Positions 18,801 to 33,800 of a stretch of 64,000 nucleotides of DNA are shown piece by piece. A program made the translations under genes and the position numbers. The notes beneath the pieces are model-generated. The model saw only the letters and a program-made list of their open reading frames with translations. It searched no databases and was not told the origin of the DNA. The DNA lies in the NCBI GenBank assembly GCA_023205875.1, contig CP060761.1, forward strand, positions 62,001 to 126,000. The letters are read 5' to 3'. The stretch is from Chloropicon primus. Taxonomy: Eukaryota. Each line of letters starts with the position of its first letter. Position 1 is the first letter of the stretch.

Positions 18801-21800
18801 GTACACGCGGCAGCGCTCGTTCTTGTGGTCAGCCTCAACATATCCACAGGCATCATAGTTGCCCCAAGATCCAACGCAGTCCACTGGCTGAGCGCAACCG
18901 TCGTTGGTGCACTGCTGGAAAGAGTTGGTGTATGGGCAAGCGTGTCCATTGTGGGCCGCTGGAACTGCGATCTTGTACAACCTGCACTTCTTGTTCTTGT
19001 GAGCGTCATCGTCATGCTCGCAAGAATCATACTGATCCCACGCTCCAACACAGTCCACGGGCTGGGAGCAACCAGTGTCAGTGCACTGCACGTAGCTATC
19101 CACATATGGACAAGAATATCCTCCATGCGCAGATGCCTTTGTAACAGTATAAGTCCTGCACTTCTTGTTCTTATGGTTTTCACCATCATAAAAGCATGTG
19201 CCATACTCCTCCCAAGATCCAACACAATCCACGGGCTGAGAGCAACCCTCGGTCGTGCACTGCTTGTAGGCATTGGCATATGGGCAACCGAAACCGTTGT
19301 GAGCGGCGTTGGTGCTGACAACATAGTTCCTGCACCTCCTGTTCTTGTGGTCTGCGGTGTCGTGGTAGCACGTTCCGTAAGCGCCCCAGTCGCCAACGCA
19401 GTCGACAGGCTGAGAGCAACCCTCGGTGATGCAATCCACCTTGCCATTCTTGTGTGGGCATTGCTTTCCGTTCAAGTCTGCCTTGGTGGTCACAGCATAT
19501 GTTCTGCAGCGCTCGTTCTTGTGGCCCGCAGCAACATGCGAGCAAGCGCCATAGATGGACCACTCTCCCTCGCAGTCCACGGGCTGGCCACAACCACCCT
19601 TGGTGCATTGCCTCAAGTTGTCCTCGTGTGGGCAAGCATAACCATTGTTCATGGCGACCTGGCTCACACCGTACACGCGGCAGCGCTCGTTCTCGTGGTC
19701 AGCCTCAACATATCCACAGGCATCATAGTTGCCCCAAGATCCAACGCAGTCCACTGGCTGAGCGCAACCGTCGTTGGTGCACTGCTGGAAAGAGTTGGTG
19801 TATGGGCAAGCGTGTCCATTGTGGGCCGCTGGGACAGAGACCTTGTACAACCTGCACTTCTTGTTCTTGTGAGTGTCCTTGTCATGCTCGCAAGAATCAT
19901 ACTGATCCCACGCTCCAACACAGTCCACGGGCTGGGAGCAACCAGCTTCAGTGCATTCCTTCTCATCGTTCTCGTGTGAACATTCAATTCCGTTGTGAGA
20001 AGACTCTAAAGAAATTTTGTAGAGTCTGCACTTCTTGTTCTTGTGCTCCTCAGACTTGTAGTCACACATATCGTACTCTTCCCAAGCTCCGGCACAATCC
20101 ACTGGCTGCGAGCAACCAGTCAATGTGCATTGAAGAGTGTTGTCAGAATACGCACAAGCAAAACCATTGTGAGCAGCAGAGCGTGTCACGGCATAGGTGC
20201 GGCACCTCTTGTTCTTGTGCTCAGATTCATCATGTTGGCACAATCCGTAATCTTCCCAAGATCCAACGCAGTCCACGGGCTGAGAGCAACCCTCGGTCGT
20301 GCACTGCTTGTAGGCATTGGCATATGGGCAACCGAAACCGTTGTGAGCGGCGTTGGTGCTGACAACATAGTTCCTGCACCTCCTGTTCTTGTGGTCTGCG
20401 GTGTCGTGGTAGCACGTTCCGTAAGCGCCCCAGTCGCCAACGCAGTCGACAGGCTGAGAGCAACCCTCGGTGATGCAATCCACCTTGCCATTCTTGTATG
20501 GGCATTGCTTTCCATTCAAGTCTGCCTTGGTGGTCACAGCATATGTTCTGCAGCGCTCGTTCTTGTGGCCCGCAGCAACATGCGAGCAAGCGCCATAGAT
20601 GGACCACTCTCCCTCGCAGTCCACGGGCTGGCCACAACCACCCTTGGTGCATTGCTTCAAGTTGTCCTCGTGTGGGCAAGCATAACCATTGTTCATGGCG
20701 ACCTGGCTCACACCGTACACGCGGCAGCGCTCGTTCTTGTGGTCAGCCTCAACATATCCACAGGCATCATAGTTGCCCCAAGATCCAACGCAGTCCACTG
20801 GCTGAGCGCAACCGTCGTTGGTGCACTGCTGGAAAGAGTTGGTGTATGGGCAAGCGTGTCCATTGTGGGCCGCTGGAACTGCGATCTTGTACAACCTGCA
20901 CTTCTTGTTCTTGTGAGCGTCATCGTCATGCTCGCAAGAATCATACTGATCCCACGCTCCAACACAGTCCACGGGCTGGGAGCAACCAGTGTCAGTGCAC
21001 TGCACGTAGCTATCCACATATGGACAAGAATATCCTCCATGCGCAGATGCCTTTGTAACAGTATAAGTCCTGCACTTCTTGTTCTTATGGTTTTCACCAT
21101 CATAAAAGCATGTGCCATACTCCTCCCAAGATCCAACACAATCCACGGGCTGAGAGCAACCCTCGGTCGTGCACTGCTTGTAGGCATTGGCGTATGGGCA
21201 ACCGAAACCGTTGTGAGCGGCGTTGGTGCTGACAACATAGTTCCTGCACCTCCTGTTCTTGTGGTCTGCGGTGTCGTGGTAGCACGTTCCGTAAGCGCCC
21301 CAGTCGCCAACGCAGTCGACAGGCTGAGAGCAACCCTCGGTGATGCAATCCACCTTGCCATTCTTGTGTGGGCATTGCTTTCCGTTCAAGTCTGCCTTGG
21401 TGGTCACAGCATATGTTCTGCAGCGCTCGTTCTTGTGGCCCGCAGCAACATGCGAGCAAGCGCCATAGATGGACCACTCTCCCTCGCAGTCCACGGGCTG
21501 GCCACAACCACCCTTGGTGCATTGCCTCAAGTTGTCCTCGTGTGGGCAAGCATAACCATTGTTCATGGCGACCTGGCTCACACCGTACACGCGGCAGCGC
21601 TCGTTCTCGTGGTCAGCTTCCTCGTAATGACAGGCATCATAGTTGCCCCAAGATCCAACGCAGTCCACTGGCTGAGCGCAACCGTCGTTGGTGCACTGCT
21701 GGAAAGAGTTGGTGTATGGGCAAGCGTGTCCATTGTGGGCCGCTGGAACTGCGATCTTGTACAACCTGCACTTCTTGTTCTTGTGAGTGTCCTTGTCATG

Positions 21801-24800
21801 CTCGCAAGAATCATACTGATCCCACGCTCCAACACAGTCCACGGGCTGAATGCATCCCATCTTCGTGCACTGCACGTAGCTATCCACATATGGACAAGAA
21901 TATCCGTTGTGAGCAGCAGAAACGCTAATAGTGTAAGTCCTGCACTTCTTGTTCTTGTGCTCAGATACATCATAGGAGCAAGCGTTGTACTCTCCCCAAG
22001 CACCGGCACAGTCCACTGGCTGAGAGCAGCCAGACGTGGTGCACTGCTTGTAGGCATTGGCGTATGGGCAACCGAAACCGTTGTGAGCGGCATCTGTGCT
22101 GACAACATAGTTCCTGCACCTCCTGTTCTTGTGGTCTGCGGTGTCGTGGTAGCACGTTCCGTAAGCGCCCCAGTCGCCAACGCAGTCGACAGGCTGAGAG
22201 CAACCCTCGGTGATGCAATCCACCTTGCCATTCTTGTGTGGGCATTGCTTTCCGTTCAAGTCTGCCTTGGTGGTCACCACATAGGTTCTGCAGCGCTCGT
22301 TCTTGTGTGTGCCAGAGAGGAGAGCCCTTCTGGTGATTGGGTTATCCAGAGGTGGCAACATCTTGCCGTCGAGGTTGTCAGTCAAGTTGCCATTCACACC
22401 CTTGTTGAAGTCGATAGGCAAAACGTCTGGCAACTCTGGGGGCGCCACATCCGGAATGTCGGGCAAGACAGTCTTATCGCCAGCATAGTGACAGCTGGTG
22501 TAGACGGTCCACTCTCCCTCGCAGTCCACGGGCTGGCCACAACCACCCTTGGTGCATTGCTTCAAGTTGTCCTCGTGTGGGCAAGCATAACCATTGTTCA
22601 TGGCGACCTGGCTCACACCGTACACGCGGCAGCGCTCGTTCTCGTGGTCAGCCTCAACATATCCACAGGCATCATAGTTGCCCCAAGATCCAACGCAGTC
22701 CACTGGCTGAGCGCAACCGTCGTTGGTGCACTGCTGGAAAGAGTTGGTGTATGGGCAAGCGTGTCCATTGTGGGCCGCTGGGACGGAGACCTTGTACAAC
22801 CTGCACTTCTTGTTCTTGTGAGTGTCCTTGTCATGCTCGCAAGAATCATACTGATCCCACGCTCCAACACAGTCCACGGGCTGGGTACACAAAGATGGAG
22901 TGCACTGCACGTAGCTATCCACATATGGACAAGAATATCCGTTGTGAGCAGCAGAAACGCTAACAGTGTAAGTCCTGCACTTCTTGTTCTTGTGCTCAGA
23001 TGCATCATAGGAGCAAGCGTTGTACTCTCCCCAAGCACCGGCACAGTCCACGGGCTGAGAGCAACCAGACGTGGTGCACTGCTTGTAGGCATTGGCGTAT
23101 GGGCAACCGTAACCGTTGTGAGCGGCGTTGGTGCTGACAACATAGTTCCTGCACCTCCTGTTCTTGTGGTCTGCGGTGTCGTGGTAGCACGTTCCGTAAG
23201 CGCCCCAGTCGCCAACGCAGTCGACAGGCTGAGAGCAACCCTCGGTGATGCAATCCACCTTGCCATTCTTGTGTGGGCATTGCTTTCCGTTCAATTCTGC
23301 CTTTGTTGCAATTTCATAGGTTCTGCAACGCTGGTTTGAATGGAGTTTTCCCAGCAAGGACCTTCTTTGCATGTCGTTGAGGAACTCAACGAGCTCTTGC
23401 TCACCTGGAAGCACGTCAAGATTCTTAATAGCATCTTGCTCTTCCTTGGAAACGTTGAAATCCTGTAAAATTTCCAACAGCTCGGGCTCGTTCAGTGCCT
23501 TAGCTGGCAAAAGACCCTTTCCGCCGTAGGAACAATCACCGTAAAGAGTCCAATCGCCCTCGCAGTCCACGGGCTGGCCACATCCACCCTTGGTGCATTG
23601 AATTTGCTCATCCTTGAAAGGACAAGCAAATCCGTTGTACTTCACCTCAACCTCTACATGATAGACCCTACATCTCTGATTCGAATGACTATCAGCAACG
23701 TAGTCACAGGCATCATAGTTGCCCCAAGATCCAACGCAGTCCACTGGCTGAGCGCAACCGTCGTTGGTGCACTGCTGGAAAGAGTTGGTGTATGGGCAAG
23801 CGTGTCCATTGTGGGCCGCTGGGACGGAGACCTTGTACAACCTGCACTTCTTGTTCTTGTGAGTGTCCTTGTCATGCTCGCAAGAATCATACTGATCCCA
23901 CGCTCCAACACAGTCCACGGGCTGGGTACACAAAGATGGAGTGCACTGCACGTAGCTATCCACATATGGACAAGAATATCCGTTGTGAGCAGCAGAAACG
24001 CTAACAGTGTAAGTCCTGCACTTCTTGTTCTTGTGCTCAGATGCATCATAGGAGCAAGCGTTGTACTCTCCCCAAGCACCGGCACAGTCCACGGGCTGAG
24101 AGCAACCAGACGTGGTGCACTGCTTGTAGGCATTGGCGTATGGGCAACCGAAACCGTTGTGAGCGGCGTTGGTGCTGACAGCATAGTTCCTGCACCTCCT
24201 GTTCTTGTGGTCTGCGGTGTCGTGGTAGCACGTTCCGTAAGCGCCCCAGTCGCCAACGCAGTCGACAGGCTGAGAGCAACCCTCGGTGATGCAATCCACC
24301 TTGCCATTCTTGTGTGGGCATTGCTTTCCGTTCAAGTCTGCCTTGGTGGTCACCACATAGGTTCTGCAGCGCTCGTTCTTGTGTGTGCCAGAGAGGAGAG
24401 CCCTTCTGGTGATTGGGTTATCCAGAGGTGGCAACATCTTGCCGTCGAGGTTGTCAGTCAAGTTGCCATTCACACCCTTGTTGAAGTCGATAGGCAAAAC
24501 GTCTGGCAACTCTGGGGGCGCCACATCCGGAATGTCGGGCAAGACAGTCTTATCGCCAGCATAGTGACAGCTGGTGTAGACGGTCCACTCTCCCTCGCAG
24601 TCCACGGGCTGGCCACAACCGCTCTTGGTGCATTGCCTCAAGTTGTCCTCGTGTGGGCAAGCATAACCATTGTTCATGGCGACCTGGCTCACACTGTACA
24701 CGCGGCAGCGCTCGTTCTCGTGGTCAGCTTCCTCGTAATGACAGGCATCATAGTTGCCCCAAGATCCAACGCAGTCCACTGGCTGAGCGCAACCGTCGTT

Positions 24801-27800
24801 GGTGCACTGCTGGAAAGAGTTGGTGTATGGGCAAGCGTGTCCATTGTGGGCCGCTGGGACGGAGACCTTGTACAACCTGCACTTCTTGTTCTTGTGAGTG
24901 TCCTTGTCATGCTCGCAAGAATCATACTGATCCCACGCTCCAACACAGTCCACGGGCTGGGTACACAAAGATGGAGTGCACTGCACGTAGCTATCCACAT
25001 ATGGACAAGAATATCCGTTGTGAGCAGCAGAAACGCTAACAGTGTAAGTCCTGCACTTCTTGTTCTTGTGCTCAGATACATCATAGGAGCAAGCGTTGTA
25101 CTCTCCCCAAGCACCGGCACAGTCCACTGGCTGAGAGCAACCAGACGTGGTGCACTGCTTGTAGGCATTGGCGTATGGGCAACCGAAACCGTTGTGAGCG
25201 GCGTTGGTGCTGACAACATAGTTCCTGCACCTCCTGTTCTTGTGGTCTGCGGTGTCGTGGTAGCACGTTCCGTAAGCGCCCCAGTCGCCAACGCAGTCGA
25301 CAGGCTGAGAGCAACCCTCGGTGATGCAATCCACCTTGCCATTCTTGTGTGGGCATTGCTTTCCGTTCAAGTCTGCCTTGGTGGTCACCACATAGGTTCT
25401 GCAGCGCTCGTTCTTGTGTGTGCCAGAGAGGAGAGCCCTTCTGGTGATTGGGTTATCCAGAGGTGGCAACATCTTGCCGTCGAGGTTGTCAGTCAAGTTG
25501 CCATTCACACCCTTGTTGAAGTCGATAGGCAAAACGTCTGGCAACTCTGGGGGCGCCACATCCGGAATGTCGGGCAAGACAGTCTTATCGCCAGCATAGT
25601 GACAGCTGGTGTAGACGGTCCACTCTCCCTCGCAGTCCACGGGCTGGCCACAACCACCCTTGGTGCATTGCCTCAAGTTGTCCTCGTGTGGGCAAGCATA
25701 ACCATTGTTCATGGCGACCTGGCTCACACCGTACACGCGGCAGCGCTCGTTCTTGTGGTCAGCCTCAACATATCCACAGGCATCATAGTTGCCCCAAGAT
25801 CCAACGCAGTCCACTGGCTGAGCGCAACCGTCGTTGGTGCACTGCTGGAAAGAGTTGGTGTATGGGCAAGCGTGTCCATTGTGGGCCGCTGGGACAGAGA
25901 CCTTGTACAACCTGCACTTCTTGTTCTTGTGAGTGTCCTCATCGTGCTCGCAAGAATCATACTGATCCCACGCTCCAACACAGTCCACGGGCTGAGAGCA
26001 GTCGGTCTTTACGCATTGCTTATACAAATTAGTATATGGGCAATCGTAACCATTATGCTCTGGTTCACGGGTAACCATGTAATTGCGGCACCTCTTGTTG
26101 ACTTTCTTTACCGGATCATGCTTGCAGGTGCTGAAAGTAGACTCATCCCACATCCCGAGGCAGTCAACAGGCTGAGCGCAACCAAAGCTGGTGCATTGGA
26201 CAAAATCATTCTGATATGGACAGGCGTAACCATTGGCTTTGCTCTTCACAATCACAGCGTACGTCCGGCACTTCTTGTTCTTGTGCTCAGATGCATCATG
26301 CTTGCACGACCCGTATTCCTCCCAAGACCCAACGCAGTCCACTGGCTGAGAGCAACCCTCGGTCGTGCACTGCTTGTAGGCATTGGCGTATGGGCAACCG
26401 AAACCGTTGTGAGCGGCGTTGGTGCTGACAACATAGTTCCTGCACCTCCTGTTCTTGTGGTCTGCGGTGTCGTGGTAGCACGTTCCGTAAGCGCCCCAGT
26501 CGCCAACGCAGTCGACAGGCTGAGAGCAACCCTCGGTGATGCAATCCACCTTGCCATTCTTGTGTGGGCATTGCTTTCCGTTCAAGTCTGCCTTGGTGGT
26601 CACCACATAGGTTCTGCAGCGCTCGTTCTTGTGTGTGCCAGAGAGGAGAGCCCTTCTGGTGATTGGGTTATCCAGAGGTGGCAACATCTTGCCGTCGAGG
26701 TTGTCAGTCAAGTTGCCATTCACACCCTTGTTGAAGTCGATAGGCAAAACGTCTGGCAACTCTGGGGGCGCCACATCCGGAATGTCGGGCAAGACAGTCT
26801 TATCGCCAGCATAGTGACAGCTGGTGTAGACGGTCCACTCTCCCTCGCAGTCCACGGGCTGGCCACAACCGCTCTTGGTGCATTGCTTCAAGTTGTCCTC
26901 GTGTGGGCAAGCATAACCATTGTTCATGGCGACCTGGCTCACACCGTACACGCGGCAGCGCTCGTTCTCGTGGTCAGCTTCCTCGTAATGACAGGCATCA
27001 TAGTTGCCCCAAGATCCAACGCAGTCCACTGGCTGGGTGCACAAAGCAGTAGTGCATTGAACATATTCGTGAACATATGGGCAGGCGAATCCGTTGTTGT
27101 CAGCAGCCCTTTCAACCAAGTAAGTTCTGCACTTCTTGTTCTTGTGAGTGTCCTTATCATGCTTGCAAGAATCATACTCTGAAAATGCTCCAACACAGTC
27201 CACTGGCTGAGAGCAGCCAGACGTGGTGCACTGCTTGTAGGCATTGGCGTATGGGCAACCGAAACCGTTGTGAGCGGCGTTGGTGCTGACAACATAGTTC
27301 CTGCACCTCCTGTTCTTGTGGTCTGCGGTGTCGTGGTAGCACGTTCCGTAAGCGCCCCAGTCGCCAACGCAGTCGACAGGCTGAGAGCAACCCTCGGTGA
27401 TGCAATCCACCTTGCCATTCTTGTGTGGGCATTGCTTTCCGTTCAAGTCTGCCTTGGTGGTCACCACATAGGTTCTGCAGCGGTGATTCTTGTGTGTGCC
27501 AGAGAGGAGAGCCCTTCTGGTGATTGGGTTATCCAGAGGTGGCAACATCTTGCCGTCGAGGTTGTCAGTCAAGTTGCCATCCACACCCTTGTTGAAGTCG
27601 ATAGGCAAAACGTCTGGCAACTCTGGGGACGCCACATCCGGAATGTCGGGCAAGCCCGGCAAGACAGTCTTATCGCCAGCATAGTGACAGCTGGTGTAGA
27701 CGGTCCACTCTCCCTCGCAGTCCACGGGCTGGCCACAACCGCTCTTGGTGCATTGCCTCAAGTTGTCCTCGTGTGGGCAAGCATAACCATTGTTCATGGA

Positions 27801-30800
27801 AATCTGGCTCACACTGTACACGCGGCAGCGCTCGTTCTCGTGGTCAGCCTCAACATATCCACAGGCATCATAGTTGCCCCAAGATCCAACGCAGTCCACT
27901 GGCTGAGCGCAACCGTCGTTGGTGCACTGCTGGAAAGAGTTGGTGTATGGGCAAGCGTGTCCATTGTGGGCCGCTGGGACGGAGACCTTGTACAACCTGC
28001 ACTTCTTGTTCTTGTGAGTGTCCTTGTCATGCTCGCAAGAATCATACTGATCCCACGCTCCAACACAGTCCACGGGCTGGGCACAGCCATCTTTTGTGCA
28101 CTGTTTGTAACTGTTGGGGAAGGAGCACGTATGTCCATTGTTTTGGTTCGGAATGCTAATGGAATAGATTCTGCACCTGGTATTGGACTTTGTGGTTGAC
28201 GTGTAAGCACAGGAGTCATAGTTGCCCCAAGATCCAACACAATCGATGGGTTGCGCACACCCAGAAACAGTGCACTGCATGTAAGCATTCGAGTACGGAC
28301 AAGTGTATCCGTCGTTGGATGACTCACGCGTTACGATATAAGATCTGCACTTCTTGTTCTGATGGATCGATTTGTCATGCTTACATGTCCCATACTCTTG
28401 CCAAGCACCAAGGCAATCCACTGGCTGAGAGCAACCTGACGTGGTGCACTGCTTGTAGGCATTGGCGTATGGGCAACCGAAACCGTTGTGAGCGGCGTTG
28501 GTGCTGACAACATAGTTCCTGCACCTCCTGTTCTTGTGGTCTGCGGTGTCGTGGTAGCACGTTCCGTAAGCGCCCCAGTCGCCAACGCAGTCGACAGGCT
28601 GAGAGCAACCCTCGGTGATACATTGCGTTGCCCCATTATCAAATGAACACGACTTTCCACTCAGCTCAGCAGGTGTGGTCACCACATAGGTTCTGCAGCG
28701 CTCGTTCTTGTGTGTGCCAGAGAGGAGAGCCCTTCTGGTGATTGGGTTATCCAGAGGTGGCAACATCTTGCCGTCGAGGTTGTCAGTCAAGTTGCCATTC
28801 ACACCCTTGTTGAAGTCGATAGGCAAAACGTCTGGCAACTCTGGGGGCGCCACATCCGGAATGTCGGGCAAGACAGTCTTATCGCCAGCATAGTGACAGC
28901 TGGTGTAGACGGTCCACTCTCCCTCGCAGTCCACGGGCTGGCCACAACCACCCTTGGTGCATTGCTTCAAGTTGTCCTCGTGTGGGCAAGCATAACCATT
29001 GTTCATGGCGACCTGGCTCACACCGTACACGCGGCAGCGCTCGTTCTCGTGGTCAGCTTCCTCGTAATGACAGGCATCATAGTTGCCCCAAGATCCAACG
29101 CAGTCCACTGGCTGAGCGCAACCGTCGTTGGTGCACTGCTGGAAAGAGTTGGTGTATGGGCAAGCGTGTCCATTGTGGGCCGCTGGGACGGAGACCTTGT
29201 ACAACCTGCACTTCTTGTTCTTGTGAGTGTCCTTGTCATGCTCGCAAGAATCATACTGATCCCACGCTCCAACACAGTCCACGGGCTGAGAACAGCCATC
29301 TTTCTTGCACTGTTCAAAATTGTTGGGGAAGGAGCAGGTGTATCCATTATTGCTCGAAGGTCTTTCGACATGATACTTTCTGCACATTTTGTTGATGTGA
29401 GGGAACTCGTCATGCTGACAATGAGAATAGCCAGACCAGCCTCCAAGACAGTCCACTGGTTGAGCGCACCCACTCACTGTACATTGCTTGAAAGTGTTCT
29501 CGTAAGCGCAAGCAAAGCCATTGTTTGCAGCATTGACTGCAACCTGGTACTTTCTGCACCTCTTGTTCTTGTGGTCCTTTCCGTCGTGGTAACAGGAAGC
29601 GTAAGCTCCCCAGGATCCAACACAATCTGTGGGCTGAGCACATCCCAAAACGGTGCAGGATTCAAAGTTGTTGTTGAAGGGGCAGCCAAGACCACCATCC
29701 TTGGCGGTCACACTGACCTTGTAAACTTTGCATCTCCTGTTCTTGTGGTCACCACTGTCATGGTGGCAAGAGTCGTAGGCACCCCAAGACCCAACGCAGT
29801 CCACTGGCTGGTTGCACCCTTGCTCAGTGCACTGCTTGAAGTTGTTGCTGAAAGGACAAGCGTAACCATTGTGGTTTGCATTCACACTGATAGTGTAGAC
29901 TCTGCAGCGCTCGTTCTTGTGGCCATCGCCAAGCAAGGACCTTCTCCTGTCTTGGGTCAAGTCGAAGTCCGGGAAGTCATCCTTTTCCTCCAATTTGGCA
30001 TCTCCGTCGCACATGAACGTCGAAGGATTCTGGGCACAATACTCTGCCACCGTCAAACCAGCTTCGCATGCAAGGCACTGCGCCGTCATTGCCTTGCAGC
30101 ACATTTTAGGTGGCAAGGAAGAATCCTTTCCTTTCGACTCCACATAATTGCAAGAAGAGTAAGCACCCCAGGAGCCAACACAGTCCACAGGCTGAGAGCA
30201 ACCAGACGTGGTGCACTGCTTGAACATGTTGGTGTATGGGCATCCGTAACCGTTTTGGGCAGCGTTGGTTGCGATCTTGTAGAGCCTGCACCTCCTGTTC
30301 TTGTGGTCCTTGGAATCATGGAAGCAAGCACCATAAGCGTCCCAAGCTCCGACACAGTCCACAGGCTGTGAGCAGCCAGACGTGGTGCACTGCTTGTACA
30401 TGTTGGTGTATGGGCACCCATATCCGTTGTGAGCGGCGTTGGTGCTGTACTCGTAGTTCCTGCATCTCTTGTTCTTGTGGTCCTTTCCATCATGGTAGCA
30501 CGATCCGTAAGCACCCCAAGATCCAACGCAGTCCACTGGCTGAGAGCAGCCAGACGTGGTGCACTGCTTGTAGGCATTGGCATATGGGCAACCGAAACCG
30601 TTGTGAGCGGCGTTGGTGCTGACAACATAGTTCCTGCACCTCCTGTTCTTGTGGTCTGCGGTGTCGTGGTAGCACGTTCCGTAAGCGCCCCAGTCGCCAA
30701 CGCAGTCGACAGGCTGAGAGCAACCCTCGGTGATGCAATCCACCTTGCCATTCTTGTGTGGGCATTGCTTTCCGTTCAAGTCTGCCTTGGTGGTCACCAC

Positions 30801-33800
30801 ATAGGTTCTGCAGCGCTCGTTCTTGTGTGTGCCAGAGAGGAGAGCCCTTCTGGTGATTGGGTTATCCAGAGGTGGCAACATCTTGCCGTCGAGGTTGTCA
30901 GTCAAGTTGCCATTCACACCCTTGTTGAAGTCGATAGGCAAAACGTCTGGCAACTCTGGGGGCGCCACATCCGGAATGTCGGGCAAGACAGTCTTATCGC
31001 CAGCATAGTGACAGCTGGTGTAGACGGTCCACTCTCCCTCGCAGTCCACGGGCTGGCCACAACCGCTCTTGGTGCATTGCCTCAAGTTGTCCTCGTGTGG
31101 GCAAGCATAACCATTGTTCATGGCGACCTGGCTCACACTGTACACGCGGCAGCGCTCGTTCTCGTGGTCAGCTTCCTCGTAATGACAGGCATCATAGTTG
31201 CCCCAAGATCCAACGCAGTCCACCGGTTGGATGCACCCCGAGGTTGTGCACGACATCTTTCCAGCTGAGTAAGGACATCCGTGCCCATTTTGAGCAGCCG
31301 GAACAACAATCTTGTAGTTTTTGCACCTGATGTTGGTGTGCTCATCCTTGTCATACTTGCAAGAACCGTAACTTCCCCATTGTCCGGCACAGTTAACAGG
31401 CTGACCGCATCCTTGCACTGTACAAGATTCGTAGTTTTCGCTGAAGGGGCACTGGTAACCACTGTGATCCGATTTCCTGCTGATCTTGTAGTACCTGCAC
31501 CTCTTATTCTTGTGGTTTTTGTCGTCGTACTCGCACGTTCCCCAAAAACCCCATGCCCCAACGCAATCAACTGGTTGGACGCATCCGTTTGCAGTGCAGG
31601 ACTTGTACTTATTTGCATAAGCACACCCGTAACCGTTATACGTCGATGGGCTGGATACCTTGAATTCTTTGCATCTCTTGTTCTTGTGGTCTTTCGAATC
31701 GTAAAAGCAAGCCGCATAAGCACCAAATTCTCCTACGCAGTCCGCAGGCTGCGAGCAACCGTCCTTGGTGCAAGTCTTGTGGTTATGTTCAGTTGGACAT
31801 TGGTAACCATTAGAAGTTGCTGGCTGAACGATTTTGTACGTTTTGCACCGAACATTGACATGCTCATCTTGCTTGTGGGCGCACTGTCCATAGCTAGTCC
31901 ATGCGCCTGCGCAATCCACGGGCTGAACACAGCCTAACACAGTACAAGATTCTGCTTTGTCGGCATAAGGACAGCCTTTTCCATCGTGTGCTGGCGCAGA
32001 AGATATTTTGTAGTATCTGCAGCGCTTGTTCTTGTGACCGTCTTTTTCGTAAATGCAGTTGCCATAACTTTCCCATCCACCAACACAATCACTGGGTTGC
32101 ATGCAACCAGCATTCGTGCAGGATTCCTTGTTTTGAGGGTGAGGGCAGGCAAAACCATTGAATGCTGCCGCAGTCGTAATCTTGTACTTTTTGCACTTGG
32201 TGTTCTGATGTTTGTCTTGCACATAATTACAAGAGCCGTAAGCATCCCAAGATCCAACGCAGTCCACTGGCTGGGAGCAACCCGTCTTGGTGCAGGACAC
32301 GAACCCGTCGGCATAAGGACAGTTGTACCCGTCAAAAGAACTCTTTCTGTCGACCTTGTACGTTCTGCAGCGCTCGTTCTTATGGTCATTACCCAGCAAG
32401 GACCTCCTGTCTTGGGTCAAGTCGAAGTCCGGGAAGTCATCCTGTTCCACATCCTTCACAGCGTTCTTGCCATCAAGGACCACCAACAATGGGTTTGGAT
32501 CTGGAACCTGAAATCCAGCATAGGAGCAGGAGGTGTATGCACCCCAGGAGCCAAGGCAGTCAACAGGCTGGTTGCAGCCGGACAAGGTGCAGGATTCGTA
32601 CATGTTGGTGTATGGGCATCCGTAACCGTTGTGGGCAGCGTGGGTGCTGTACTTGTAGAGCCTGCACCTTCTGTTCTTGTGGTCCTTGGAGTCGTGCTTG
32701 CATGCGCCATATGGAGCCCAAGCACCAGCACAGTCCACTGGCTGAGAGCAACCTTGTGTTGTACAAGACTTGTAGCCAGCAGTGTGGGGACAACTGTAAC
32801 CGTTGTTTGCAGCATTGACTGCAACCTGGTACTTTCTGCACCTCTTGTTCTTGTGGTCCTTTCCGTCGTGGTAACAGGAAGCGTAAGCTCCCCAGGATCC
32901 AACACAATCTGTGGGCTGAGCACATCCCAAAACGGTGCAGGATTCAAAGTTGTTGTTGAAGGGGCAGCCAAGACCACCATCCTTGGCGGTCACACTGACC
33001 TTGTAAACTTTGCATCTCCTGTTCTTGTGGTCACCACTGTCATGGTGGCAAGAGTCGTAGGCACCCCAAGACCCAACGCAGTCCACTGGCTGGTTGCACC
33101 CTTGCTCAGTGCACTGCTTGAAGTTGTTGCTGAAAGGACAAGCGTAACCATTGTGGTTTGCATTCACACTGATAGTGTAGACTCTGCAGCGCTCGTTCTT
33201 GTGGCCATCGCCAAGCAAGGACCTTCTCCTGTCTTGGGTCAAGTCGAAGTCCGGGAAGTCATCCTTTTCCTTCTTCAAGACTTCTTCGCCATCAACGATC
33301 TTCAAAGGTTTCGCGGGCAGAACTGGCATCTGCGATCCGATGTAAGCGCAGGAAGAGTAAGCACCCCAGGAGCCAACACAGTCCACAGGCTGAGAGCAAC
33401 CAGAAGTGGTGCACTGCTTGTACATGTTGGTGAATGGGCATCCGTAACCGTTGTGAGCGGCGTTGGTGCTGTACTTGTAGAGCCTGCACCTCCTGTTCTT
33501 GTGGTCCTTGGAATCATGGAAGCAAGCCGCATAGGAACCCCAAGCACCAGCGCAGTCCACAGGCTGAGAGCAACCAGAAGTGGTGCACTGCTCAAAGTTG
33601 TTGGTGAATGGACATCCATAACCATTGCTGGCGGCGTTGGTCGTGTACTTGTACTTCCTGCACCTCCTGTTCTTGTGGTCTGAGCCATCATGGTAGCACG
33701 ATCCGTAAGCACTCCAAGCACCAGCACAGTCCAAAGGCTGAGAGCAGCCAGACTGAGTGCACTGGTTGTACATGTTGGTGTATGGACAGCCCTTACCGTT

